Source: an uncultured delta proteobacterium
Lineage (GTDB): Bacteria > Myxococcota_A > Polyangia > Haliangiales > Haliangiaceae
DNA: 64,000 nt
NCBI GenBank assembly: GCA_963848295.1
Contig: CAWKDB010000010.1
Span: 864,001-928,000 of the forward strand
Direction of reading: 5' to 3'
A program made the position numbers and the translations under genes. Position 1 is the first letter of the stretch. Each line of letters opens with the position of its first letter. Below the pieces are notes generated by a model. That model made no database searches. It was given only the letters and a program-made list of their open reading frames with translations, and was not told the origin of the DNA. Shown here piece after piece: positions 38,701 through 50,848 of this stretch.

Positions 38701-38960
38701 GCGGTCAGGCGCAGCTCGGCGACCAGCGCCGGGACCACGAGCGCGGCGCCTTTTCGCGGCCGAAGCGCCAGCGAGCTCAGCTTCGGCAGCGACAGCAGCG
38801 CACGCGGCAGGACGAGGTCATCGGGACACTTCGATAAGTGGATGCGCTCGACCGAGGTCAACGCCGCGACCCGATCGTCGAGCACTTCGCCGTCCGCGAA
38901 GTCGATCGAGAGCGAGTCGGTGTCGGGTTCGTTCGCGAGTGCTTCGTCGAGGTTCGGCAC
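35733..38960 (-). CDS. leucine-rich repeat protein with helical C-terminal half and terminal TPR
   Basis: Many LxxLxxLxL repeats, an acidic linker, and AFNLACLYASRG at the end. Confidence 0.85.
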   Translation of the reverse strand: MPNLDEALANEPDTDSLSIDFADGEVLDDRVAALTSVERIHLSKCPDDLVLPRALLSLPKLSSLALRPRKGAALVVPALVAELRLTALDLAGADCSKVAWPRTLVELELRTETLEMDLRAIAGALPALQRLEVIGTTGVLPELGGLAHLVSLALRTLVDDLAALAALPKLEQLRFEASDLTRSLGTVAAKLPRLRELWVTGGAQGGGEVVGEVLAEIAELARLERLCLSCPIKTLPAALAKLPALRALELGDLPDRAIPEVVGALRGLEVLKISGHVSGLPASFANLTRLRELDLAGALNSGALLSRFDDIDKLKPLPRVLSQMTGLEVLALGQCGVFDLAPIAPLEKLRELRLEWSGMTTLEPLAGLVELEVLSLEQCDRVRDLSPLAKLTKLRELDLASCRPESLDALRALPALNKLDVSRIESKNLEAVYALDVELAAADEVLEQYKQRAALRALPPVGDIIGMLDSSQLSVVETALEQLATWAIASSTRDQSAIGAALGLGPVPPAAKRDDDEVDDDGDEADDGEADDDDDGEIKASARVKPSRALPPLDAALARHGARLSPKVLARTFRITFHTTNDDYDAAVRTAQEVAKRGDDEAQLLLVEAFEHANEYYDTGHRFFEDYAQDRLIEDVLPQLGGKALARLVAWCSDGHFGEDQMSSLFAPALERSRGEDREAVAKRLEKYIDYVGQYGDEDQAAQLFESFSTLEDAGAKAMLTQVRARVEDKLAAMRARTALEAELKSEQSARVSAALATMAALPKRDAKKDLQGALWNANKCDGLDATALRTLLGLWRELGHDGGLGEAIALAGRSGLIGRSIVGELGMAPHDIANRLRDEVLKLRTKSVGEIERASNRWNDEPETPETERAMAAVAERVAAQCAPLHAWANELDGITAAEGRAREVTAALARLGHFDREKLGVAIALLASCDGYVRPVRDDKDNLRGLADDLGQNADHEDLWPQFCQLARDLSKLQLRGKILERVLAQLIGIAINSKDESAVAALTPLIPEQVEWDILAFNLACLYASRGDRERMLRFTKRSLELGKSPAQFETDGDFAKYLGDPEFRAVLDASL

Positions 38961-39054
38961 TCCCCGAGGTTACCGAATTCGCGGACCGCGCTGCACCCGG
39001 TCCGTTCGCGTTCGTCGCTACTCCCGTCGATCGCGGCATGGTACGGATCGAGGC

Positions 39055-40161
39055 GTGAAAGCCGCCGCGGTCTTCGTCGCGCTTGCTGCGTGTCACGCGC
39101 CTGCGACCCACGAGCAAGCACGCACGTCGAGCACCGACTACGCGGACCCGAAGATGTGGATGTGCCGGCCCGACAAGCTCGACGATCCGTGTCACGGCGA
39201 TCTGTCGACGACGGTGTTCAACGCCGATGGCAGCCGCACGGTCGAGCCGCACGCCTCGACGACCGACGCACCGATCGACTGCTTCTACATCTATCCGACC
39301 GTCGACTTGAATCTGATCCCGGGCAACCACACCGACTTCTCCGACCTCACGGCGATCCGCAAGACGACGATCGCGCAGGTCGCGCGGTTCGCCGAGGTGT
39401 GTAACGTGTACGCGCCGCTCTATCGCCAGGCGACGATCTCGACGTTCTGGGCCGCAAAGGACGAGCAGGCGCGGTTCTTCAACGTCGCGTACTCCGATCT
39501 CGCGGGCGCGTTCCACGAGTACCTGACCCACTACGATCGCGGCCGGCCGATCGTGATCATCGGTCACTCGCAAGGCGCGATGATGGCGTCGCGGCTGCTG
39601 CACGATACGTTCGACCAGAGCGAACCACTGCGCGCGCGCCTGCTCGTCGCGATGCCGATCGGGTACCTCGTCGATGTCCCGGACGGTGGCGAGACCGGCG
39701 GTACGTTCGATCATCTCGTGGCTTGCACGACGCCCGATCAGCTCGGCTGCGTGATCACCTACCGCAGCGCCGCGGCCGGTCACGTTCCGAAAGGGTTTCG
39801 CGATCAGCTCGCACCCGGTCATCACGCGCTGTGCGTGAGCCCCGCGCTATCCCCGACGCTGAGCGAGAGCATCTTCCCCGCGTTCAGCCACGAGCATGGC
39901 GTTACGACACCGTTCGCATCGGTCAAAGGCTTCTACACCGGGCAATGCGACTCGCGCCCGGGCGGCCACGACTACTTCGAGATCAAAGAAGCGAAGCAGC
40001 CCGACGACAAGCGGCCGAGTCTCGTCAAGCTCGGTGGCGGCGCGCTCGAGATCGGCGACCTCGGCTTACACATCTACGACTTTCAGTTCGCGCAGGGCGA
40101 CCTGATCGCCGCGATCAAGACGAAGTATGCGGCGTGGGCGGTGGCGCACCCTCGTCGCTAG
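39055..40161 (+). CDS. DUF3089-like alpha/beta hydrolase, lipoprotein
   Basis: LAAC lipobox, DCFYIYPTV, YAPLYRQ, GHSQG and LHIYD motifs. Confidence 0.82.
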   Translation: MKAAAVFVALAACHAPATHEQARTSSTDYADPKMWMCRPDKLDDPCHGDLSTTVFNADGSRTVEPHASTTDAPIDCFYIYPTVDLNLIPGNHTDFSDLTAIRKTTIAQVARFAEVCNVYAPLYRQATISTFWAAKDEQARFFNVAYSDLAGAFHEYLTHYDRGRPIVIIGHSQGAMMASRLLHDTFDQSEPLRARLLVAMPIGYLVDVPDGGETGGTFDHLVACTTPDQLGCVITYRSAAAGHVPKGFRDQLAPGHHALCVSPALSPTLSESIFPAFSHEHGVTTPFASVKGFYTGQCDSRPGGHDYFEIKEAKQPDDKRPSLVKLGGGALEIGDLGLHIYDFQFAQGDLIAAIKTKYAAWAVAHPRR

Positions 40162-42225
40162 CGCCGGCTCGCGGTCACCGCGGCGATCGCCGCAGCGGCC
40201 GCGGGATTCGCGCGATCGGGATCGAGCGCGGTCGCCCAATCGGAGACGCGGCGCTGCCAGTTCGCGCGCTCGCTCGTCGTCCCCGGCACGTTGTGCGGCA
40301 GCGGATCGAGTGCGAGATCATCGAGCGAGACCAGCGCGATCTCGGCCGGGCCGGCGGCGAGGTCGGCGGTCGCTGCGACCATGGCGCGCTCGGGCTCGGA
40401 CAGCGTCGGATTCGCGTCACCGGCAAATGCGAGGAGCGCGGTGCGCTGTTCGGCGCGTTCGGCGCGCTCGCGTGCGACTTGCGCGTCATCGATCAAGCCG
40501 AGGTCGCGCTTGTCGTCGATGTCGAAGCCGTGCCACCAGCCGGCGAACGTCGGAGTGTCATGGGTGTTGAGGCTCGCCACCGAGGGCGCCGGCGCGGGCC
40601 CGGGCGCTTCGCCGACGTGCATCGGCATGCTCCATTGCGCGACGTGCAGGCGGTACAGCCCGTGGCGCGCCATCGCCGGGCGCACGAAGTCGGGCACCGT
40701 GCCGAGATCCTCACCGGCGAGCGCACAGCGCGCGCGCTGCGATTCGAGCACGAGGATCGCGAGCAGCTCGTCGGCGCGATAGCGGACGTAGACGCCGTCG
40801 GTCGCCGGCCGGCCCTGCGGGATGCAGTACATCCGGAACAAGCCCATCACGTGATCGACGCGCAACATCCCGGCGACCCGCATGTGATGGCGCACGCACG
40901 CGATGAAGTAGCGATAGCGATCGCGGCGCAACGCGATCGGCGACAGCGGCGGCAGGCCCCAGTCTTGGCCGCCGAGGAATAGCGCGTCGGGTGGCGCGCC
41001 GGCGGCGAGGTCGAGCACGAACTGATCGCGCCAGCGCCACACCTCGTAGGCGTCGGCCGACACGCCGACCGGCAGATCGAGATAGAGCTGCGCCGGGCCG
41101 AGCGACTCGAGCTGGCGTTGCATCGCCCATTGCGCGACGACGTGGCTGTCGACGCGCACCGGGTCGCCGGCGAACGCGATCGCGGCGGCTCGATCGCGGA
41201 TGAACGGTACGCTATCGCGATCAGCTGCACGCCAGGTGCGCCAGCCGGCGCGCGCTCTCTCACCGACAGCGCGGAACGCCGCGTAGTCGTAAGCGCCGGC
41301 CTCGATCCCCCACGCTTCGATCGCGGCCGCGCGCGCCGGATCCGCGAACAGCCGCGCCGCGAACGCATCGAGCGCGGGGCGGCGCCACTTGTACTGAGCG
41401 CGATAGTCGATCAGTGTCCCGGTCACCGGCGGTGCCGTCGGACCCGGCATGCCGACCAGAGCCGCGAGCGCTTCGAGGTCGAGGTAGAGCTCGTTCCAAT
41501 ACAATCGGCTCGCCGGCGAGTACGGCGAGAACGCGTAGGGTTCCTCGAGAAACGCCGCGAGGATCGGCAGCGTCGCGACGTACGTGCCGCCGCGCCGCGC
41601 GGTCGCCTCGAACAGCTCGCGCAGCGTGGCGAGGTCACCCGTCGCGCCGGACTCCTGCGACGCCAAGCCGTAGACCGGCGCGAACACGCCCCAGCGGCGA
41701 GGCCCGGCGCCCGGCGCGCGCCACGCCAGCATGGGCGCACAGATCGCGAGCGCCTCGCCCGTCGCACCGGCAGCTCGCCAACGCAGCGAGTGATAGCCGT
41801 GCTCGCCGACGTGGATCGTCGCGCGCCGGATGCAGCGCAGTGACGGCGTCGGCCTGCGCGTGCGAGTCGGCCGGCAGCTCGAATAACCGGCCGCGCGTGC
41901 GGCTCTTGCCGCCGCCTTCGGTCGTGACCTCGAGCTCCCAGTCGCCGTCGCGATCGGCGACAACCGAGAACGGCACGACGACCACGCGGTCCCAACCGAC
42001 GACGACCGGCGGCACGATCTCGGCCCAGCGCGCGTGCTCCAGCACGGCGAGCGCGGCGGGCGCATCGTCCGCGTTGCGGACCGCGATACCGAGGTCGGGC
42101 CCGAGCGCGGAGAGCGCCTGCAACAACGCCTCGTCGCTCGACGCCCACGGCTTCTGCTGCCAGTTCGCGTACTCCGGATCGAGGCCAGCGCGCGCGCGCG
42201 AGCTCTTGTGAGTCGACGACGCCAC
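40158..42225 (-). CDS. malQ: 4-alpha-glucanotransferase (GH77); frameshift at about 41835 and possibly indels near the start
   Basis: SPYSPASR, YLDLPVG, GAPPD, GQDWGLPP, RVDHVMG, GEDLG and THDT motifs. Confidence 0.88.
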
Positions 42226-42226
42226 G

Positions 42227-43695
42227 CTACGCCGACGAGCCGGAGCCACCAGCCCGGCAGAATGCCGAGCTCGAGGACCAGCAGCGGGCACAGCGCCATC
42301 ACGAACACGAGGCCGGCCGATCGCGTCGACTGCATCGCTTGGGTCGACTCGCGGAAGTACATCGCGGTGACGATCCGCAGGTAGTAGTAGATGCTGATCG
42401 CCGAGTTGACGATGCCGATGATCACGAGCCACAGCAGCTGGCCGTTGTACGCGTCCATCGCGGACTTGAAGATGTAGAACTTGCCGAAGAATCCGCCGGT
42501 CGGCGGCATGCCGCCGAGCGACAGGAGGCAGACCGTCATCGCGAGCGCCGCGGCCGGGATGTTGGCTCGCGAGCCCGGCCCAATCGTCGATCAGCAGGCG
42601 CTCTTTGCCCTTCGAGCCGACGTACGCGACCACCGAGAACACGCCGAGGGTCGTCACGCTGTACGCGATCAGGTAGTAGACGATCGCGCTCTGCGCCGAG
42701 CTCGAGCCGAGCCCCATCGAGCACAGCCCGACGAGCAACACGCCGGCATGCGAGATCGACGAGTACGCGAGCATGCGCTTGATGTTGTCCTGGCGAACCG
42801 CGGTGATGTTGCCGATCGTGATCGTCAGCGCGGCGATCACGACGAGCGGACTCGCCCAGCCGAGCGTGCCGAACGCCGCATCGCCGCCGAGCGCGACGCC
42901 GAACACGCGGATCATCGCGGCGATCGCGGCCGACTTGACCGCGGCAGCCATGAACGCGGTGACCGGGGTCGGCGCGCCGTCGTACGCGTCGGGCGCCCAC
43001 ATGTGGAACGGCACCGCCGCGACCTTGAAGCCGAACGCGACGACGAGCAGGAACGCGCCCGCGATCGCGAGGCCGACGTTCTGCGTGCTCGCGAGCTTCG
43101 CAGGCATCGCCGCGAGGCTGAGCGTGCCGGTCGCGCCGTAGAGCAGCGCCATGCCGTAGAGCAGGAAGCCCGGTCGCGAAAGCGCCGACGACGAAGTACT
43201 TCATCGCCGCTTCGTTGCCGCGCCGCGAGTGGCGGCGCATCGCGGTCATGACGTAGACGCCGATCGACATCGTCTCGATGCCGAGGAATACCGTGACGAG
43301 GTTCGACGCCTGCGCGAGCATGACCATGCCCGACGTCGACAGCAGCATCACGCCGTAGTACTCGCCGATCTTCCAGCCGTGCTCGCGCTGGTGCGCGGGC
43401 GAGATCAGCGCGGTCGCCGCGGTCGTGCACCGCGAACAGCGCGGTCAGCACATAACCCATCCGGTCGGCGACGAGCATGCCGCCGAACACCGGGTGTGAT
43501 TCTCCGGCGCCGAGCTGGCGGTACAAGATGATCGACGGCGATCGCCGAGGCGAGCGAGCCGGCGACGGTCAGGCCCGCGAGACCGGTGTGGTCCTTGCCC
43601 TTGTAGAATGCTTCGGCGAGCACGAGCACCATGCCCGCGACCGCGAGGATCAGGTACGGAACGAGCCAGCCGAGGTCCGATGGATCGAACGTCAT
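42227..43695 (-). CDS. nuoN: NADH-quinone oxidoreductase subunit N; several frameshifts, end approximate
   Basis: EAAMKYF, FKVAAVPFHMWAPDAYDGAP, KRMLAYSSISHAG and GMPPTGGFFGK across frames. Confidence 0.9.
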
Positions 43696-45435
43696 CGCGG
43701 GGCTCCCTTCACACCCTCGATGACCGGCGGGTTCGTTCCGCCGGGCGCGGACGCGGGCGCGGGTGCGGTCTCCTCGTCCGGTGCGGGGACGCGATCGCCA
43801 AACGAGTGCGCGGTCGTCCGACAGCGCTCCGCGTCTTCGAGCTGCTTCGCGGTCGGCGTCTTGCCTGGCCAGCATTCGTCCGACCGCGTGTCGAAGTCCT
43901 TGACGAACTGATCGACGGACGGCTCCATGTAGTGGAGCAACGGCCGCGGGAACAAGCCCAGGCCGATGATCCCGACGACTAGCACGACGAACGCCAGCAG
44001 CTCGTGCGCGCGGAGGTCCGGGAGCTTGCCGTTGCTGCGCCTTGTCGAGCTTGCCGAAGAACACCTTCTGGAACATGAACAGCAGGTAGATCGCGCCGAG
44101 GATGACGCCGGTCGTCGCGAGCGCGCGCGAGGATCGCGCGGCGTCGGGCAGGAAGCTCGGATGACCCGCCGGGAACGTGTCGCCGGCGTTGAACGTGCCG
44201 AACAGCGTGAGGAACTCGCCGACGAAGCCGGACAGCGCGGGCAAGCCGGCCGAGCCCATCACGACGACCAGGAACAGGCCCGCGAACACCGGCATCTGCT
44301 TCCAGATCCCGCCGTACTCGGCTGAGCCGGCGCGTGTGGCGGCGCTCGTAGAGCACGCCGATGCCGAGGAACAAGCCGCCGGTGGTCAGGCCGTGCGACA
44401 GCATCGCGTAGATCGCAGCCCGACACCCCCATCGGCACGAGCGCGAGGATGCCGAGCATGCAGAACCCGAGGTGCGAGACCGACGAGTACGCGACGAGCT
44501 TCTTGACGTCGTCTTGAGCGAACGCGACGAGCGCGCCGTAGATGATGCCGATCACCGCGAGGATCGCGAGCGCCGGCGCCCACACCACCGCGCCGTGCGG
44601 GAACAGCGGCATCGCGTAGCGCAGGAATCCATAGATGCCGAACTTCAGCAGCACGCTCGGCGAGGATCACCGAGCCCGCGGTCGGCGCCTCGACGTGCGC
44701 GTCCGGCAACCACGTGTGGAGCGGGAACAGCGGCACCTTGATCGCGAACGCGAGCGCGAACGCGCGCGAAGCACCACACCTGCGCGTGGTACGGCAGCGA
44801 CACGGTCGACAGCTCTGCGAGGTCCGTCGTGTACGCGCCGCCGTGCGCCGTCAGGACCGCGCCGGCCTTGCACGTAGACGTAGAAGATCGCCACGAGCAT
44901 CAGCAGCGAGCCGACCATCGTGTAGATCACGAACTTGATCGACGCGTAGAGCCGGCGCTGACCGCCCCAGATCCCGATCAGCAGGTACATCGGGATCAGC
45001 ATCACTTCCCACAACACGTAGAACAGGAACAGGTCGATCGCGACGAACGCGCCGAGCATGCCGGCCTCGAGCACGAGCATCGCGGCGATGAACTCGCGCA
45101 CGTGCTTGTCGATCGCGCGCTTCGTGCCGAGCAGCGTCAGCGGCACGATCAACGTCGTCAGCAGCACGAGGAACAGCGAGATGCCGTCGATGCCGGTCTT
45201 GAAGTGCGCGCCGAGGCCCGGAATCCACTCGGCGTCGAACACGAGCTGCATGCCCGCGTACTCGGGCCGGAAGAACTTGAAGATCGCGAGCGACATGAAG
45301 AACGTCGTCGAGCGAGACGGCGAGGCCGATGCCGCGGTGGAGCGACGCCTCCGCCTTCGGCGTGCACATCACGAAGATCGCGCCGAGCAGCGGCAGCCCG
45401 AGCAACAACGGCAGTAAGAATCCGCCGTCGCTCAT
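43692..45435 (-). CDS. nuoM: NADH-quinone oxidoreductase subunit M; several frameshifts
   Basis: [41 protein letters not shown] and [12 protein letters not shown] across frames. Confidence 0.92.
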
Positions 45436-47815
45436 GGCTTGGCCTCTTCGTCGTGCGTGATCAACTCGGTAACCTCGGTCATCTTCTGCGCGACCGGATC
45501 TTCGATGCACAGCGAGACGCGAGCGCCCGTGTTGTCGGGATCGATGACGACCGTCGGCGGGTCCGACGGCTTGTCCGCGTCGCCGTCGCAGCCGCCTCCG
45601 CCGTGGAGATGCCAGTGCAGCTTCGTCGCCTTGCCGGCGAGCCCTGCCCCGGTGTCGGCGTCGAGCTCGAGGTGCGTGCGATCGAGGTAGTGATACTCGA
45701 ACGACGCATGGCGATGGTGCGCGGTGATGAAGAACACCAAGGCCGCGCCGACGACGAGCCCCGCGAGGTAGCGCTGGACCTGACCGTTTTGGAACCAGCG
45801 CGACAGCCGGCCGAACAGGCCCACGACGAACGCAGCTCCGTTGACCGCGACGGTATCGATGATGAAGCGATCGACGATCTCGAACAGCCCGGTCGCGAGC
45901 GCGCGGAACGGCTTGACGAACACCGCGTCGTAGAGCTCGTCGACCCACAGCTTGTGCTTGCTCGCCTGGTACAGCGGCTTGAGCGGGCCTTCGACGAGCT
46001 TCGGCAGCGACGGCGACGGTGCCGCGACCGTAGAACATCCACGCGATCGCGATGCCGAGCGTGGCGACCGCGAGTGCGCCTGCCATCAAGCCGAACGTCA
46101 GGCCGTCGGGCAGCTCGCCGTGGATCGGCGTGCCATCGCTGAACACCGCGGTGACGCTCGGTCCGAGCCAGCGCGACAGGAAGTGGCCGACCTCGGCGAG
46201 CTGCGCGTGATGCTCGAACCAGGTGACGTGCGGCAAGCCGATGACGCCGAGCCCGAACGCGAACAACGCGAGGACGAGCAGCGGCCCGGTCATCGTCCAC
46301 GGCGATTCGTGCGCCTTCTTCGCGGCGTCCGAGCGCTCGTTGCCCGCGAACACCATGAAGTACAGCCGCCACATGTAGAACGCGGTGCCGAGCGCCGCGA
46401 TGACCAGGCCGCGCCCACAGCATCTTGCCGAACCACAGCGGCCAACCCGGCGTACCGCGCCCCACGCGCCGGACAGGATCTCGTCCTTCGACCAGAACCC
46501 GGCGAACGGGAAGATGCCGGCGATCGCGAGGCACGAGACCAGGAACGTGATCCGCGTGATCGGCATGTGCTTGCGCAGGCCGCCCATCGTCGTGATGTCG
46601 CCGGGCGTCGTCGAGCCGCCGTGCTCCATGCCGTGCATGACCGAGCCAGCGCCAAGGAACAAGCACGCCTTGAAGAACGCGTGGGCCGCGAGGTGGAAGA
46701 TCGCGGCGACCCAATTGCCGGTGCCCGCCGCGACGAACATGAAGCCGAGCTGGCTCACGGTCGAATAGGCGAGCACCTTCTTCATGTCGGTCTGCGCGAA
46801 CGCCATGAATGCGGCGGCGAGCGCGGTGATCAGCCCGACCACCGCGACGACCGCGAGCGCCGTCGTCGACGCCGCGTAGAGCAACGACAACCGGCACACC
46901 ATGTAGACGCCGGCGGTGACCATCGTGGCCGCGTGGATCAGCGCCGAGACCGGGGTCGGGCCGGCCATCGCGTCGGGCAGCCACACGTAGAGCGGGAACT
47001 GCGCGGATTTTCCGCACGCGCCGATGAAGAACAGAATCCCGGCCGCGGCGGCGAAGTGATCGTGCAGCCAGAACGGCATCGTCAGGACGTCGTGGTCCCG
47101 GCCGGTGAGGTTCGGAATGTCCGCGATGTTCGCGAAGTCCAGGCTCCCCATCCCGACCTTGTCGTGGATGAAGCTGACGTCCTTCGTGCCCCAGTACAGC
47201 AAGAACATGCCGAGCAGGAACGCGAAGTCGCCGATGCGGTTGACGACGAACGCCTTGCGGCCCGCGGTCGCGAACGCGTCGTTCTCGTACCAGAACCCGA
47301 TCAGCAAGAACGAGCACAGGCCGACGCCCTCCCAGCCGATGAACATGACCGGCATGTTCGCGGCGAGGACCAGGATCAGCATCGCGCCCATGAACAGGTT
47401 CAGGTAGCCGAAGTAGCGCGTGTAGCCCTTGTCGTGGGCCATGTAGCCGATCGAGTAGATGTGGATCAGCGAGCCGACGAACGTGATGATCAGGATCATC
47501 ACCGCCGACAGCGTGTCGAGCCGGAACGCGAGCTGCGCCTTGAATGCGCCGATCTCGAGCCAGGTGTAGACGGTCTGGGTCAGCCCGCCGTGCTTCCACG
47601 GTGCGTCATCGAGTGCCAGGCCGTCCGGCCCGATACTGTGGTGGGTCAGCGCGATGAACACGAGGTAGAATGCGACCGCGAACGCACCGAGCACCGAGCC
47701 GATCGCGACGAACGTCACCGCCGACTTCGACAGCCAGCGGCCGACCACGAGGTTGATCACCGCGCCGATCAGCGGCAGCACGGGCACCCAGATGAGGAGG
47801 TTCTGCGCGTTCCAT
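45432..47815 (-). CDS. nuoL: NADH-quinone oxidoreductase subunit L; several frameshifts; extra C-terminal domain
   Basis: GWEGVGLCS, NRIGD, KSAQFPLYVWLPDAMAGPTPVSALIHAATMV and GFWSKDEIL motifs. Confidence 0.93.
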
Positions 47816-47818
47816 CGG

Positions 47819-48148
47819 TTAGTGCCTCAACGTCGTCAAACGATCGACGTCGACGTTGCGCCGGCCGCGAAACACCGCGACCACGATCGCGAGCCCGACC
47901 GCGGCCTCGGCGGCCGCGACGCCGATCACGATCAGCGCGAACGTGTGAGCCGACATCGCTTCGGTCCCGCCCCACATGCGCGCGAACGTGATCAGCGTCA
48001 TGTTCGCGGCGTTGAGCATGATCTCGACGCTCATCAACATGATGAGCGCGTTGCGCCGGATCAGCACGCCGGCCACGCCGATCAAGAACAACACCGCGGC
48101 GAGCGCGAGGAAGTGGCCGTAGCCGATGTTGAACAGGAGGTCGCTCAT
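47819..48148 (-). CDS. nuoK: NADH-quinone oxidoreductase subunit K
   Basis: RRNALIMLMSVEIMLNAAN and AAAEAAVGLAI motifs. Confidence 0.95.
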   Translation of the reverse strand: MSDLLFNIGYGHFLALAAVLFLIGVAGVLIRRNALIMLMSVEIMLNAANMTLITFARMWGGTEAMSAHTFALIVIGVAAAEAAVGLAIVVAVFRGRRNVDVDRLTTLRH

Positions 48149-48899
48149 TGATCGCCTCCCTGGTCGCGCTCGACCTCGGGGTCTTCCTCGAGCGGCCGAG
48201 CGATCGCGATCGCGCCGACCACCGCGACGAGCAACAGGATCGAGATCGCCTCGAACGGGAACAGGCCCGGGCCGAACAGATCGGTGCCGACCGCGGCGAC
48301 CGAGCCCCAGTCGTGACCGTCGGCGGTCGGCAGCGGAGCCGCATTCGCGACCGTCGGATTCGGGACGTGGACGTGCGCGAGCAGCATCACGAGCCGCGCG
48401 ACGAGATAGAGGATCGCGATGCCGCCGATCACCTGCCCGGCCCGGCCGGTCGGCGCGACCGGCTCGTCCTCGGGGCGGTTCAAGATCATGATGACGAACA
48501 CGAACAGCACCATGATCGCGCCGGCGTAGACGAGCAGCTGCACGACCGCGAGGAAGTGCGCGTACAGCATCATGTAGATCGCGGCGATGCCGAGGAAGCT
48601 GCCGACCATGCCCATCACCGCGACGATCAGGTTCCGCCGAGTGATCACGAACAGCGCGCCCCCGATCGACGACGCGGCGAACGCCCAGAACAGCAGCGCC
48701 ATGCCGGCGCCATGCGACTCGACGCGATCGCCGTGAGGGCTACGCATCGCCTCGGACTCCTGGTTGACCGAGATGACGTGGCGCTGCTCCGCGTTCACCC
48801 TCGCGCCTTCGCGCGCCGGTTGCGCGAACGCCTGGGTCGCGAACGCGAAGCCGAGCACGAGCGTCAGCAACGTGACCGCGGCGAGGATGCGCGCCGACA

Positions 48900-48900
<1 letters not shown>
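48145..48900 (-). CDS. nuoJ: NADH-quinone oxidoreductase subunit J with N-terminal extension (alternative start 48702)
   Basis: QLLVYAGAIMVLFVFVIM and PFEAISILLL motifs; GTG overlaps the nuoF stop. Confidence 0.9.
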
Positions 48901-50217
<1,317 letters not shown>

Positions 50218-50228
50218 GTCGGCCGGCA

Positions 50229-50735
50229 CTAGACGACCTCCGACTCGGGGTGCGGCGCGGCCTTGAGCTCGTCGATGATCTTGCCGACGTCGCCGGGCTT
50301 GATGTCATGGAAGTACTTGGTGCCGACGACCGCGCACGGCGCGAACTCGCACGCGGCGATGCACTCCTCTTCGACGAGCTGGAAGTCCTTGGTCGATTGT
50401 CCGCGCTTGACGCCGAGCTTGTGCTCGAACGCCTCGAGCACGTCGTAGCCGCCGCGCAACATGCACGAGATGTTCGTGCACATCCGGATCGTCTGGGTGC
50501 CGGCGGGCTCGCGCCGGAACATCGTGTAGAACGTCGCGACGCCGTAGACATGCGCGTACGGCAGATCGAGCGTCCGTGCGACGAGCTTGAGCGCGTCGTC
50601 GGAGAGATAGCCGTGCTCCTTCTGCGCGAGGTGGAGCGCGGCGAGCACGACGGGCTGCTTCGAGCCGGCGGCCGTATAGCGCTCGCACAGCGCCGCGATC
50701 TTGGCCTGGGCGTCCGCGGAGAATTCGAGGGACAT
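50229..50735 (-). CDS. nuoE: NADH-quinone oxidoreductase subunit E
   Basis: VATFYTMF, CTNISC and ECIAAC [2Fe-2S] ligands. Confidence 0.93.
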   Translation of the reverse strand: MSLEFSADAQAKIAALCERYTAAGSKQPVVLAALHLAQKEHGYLSDDALKLVARTLDLPYAHVYGVATFYTMFRREPAGTQTIRMCTNISCMLRGGYDVLEAFEHKLGVKRGQSTKDFQLVEEECIAACEFAPCAVVGTKYFHDIKPGDVGKIIDELKAAPHPESEVV

Positions 50736-50848
50736 CGGGCTGTTGCCTTCTAGTAAGCGAGCGGGCGAAACATAGAGGGCCCGAGCCCGGGAGGTCAACG
50801 GAACCGCCGCTCAAAGCGAACAGCAGATCCGTGGTAAATGGGTCGCGG

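Noticed and set aside
40158..42539. Apparent NuoN-MalQ fusion ORF
   Set aside because: The joining segment is out-of-frame sequence; a TAG followed by the malQ GTG is visible one base off at about 42225-42229.
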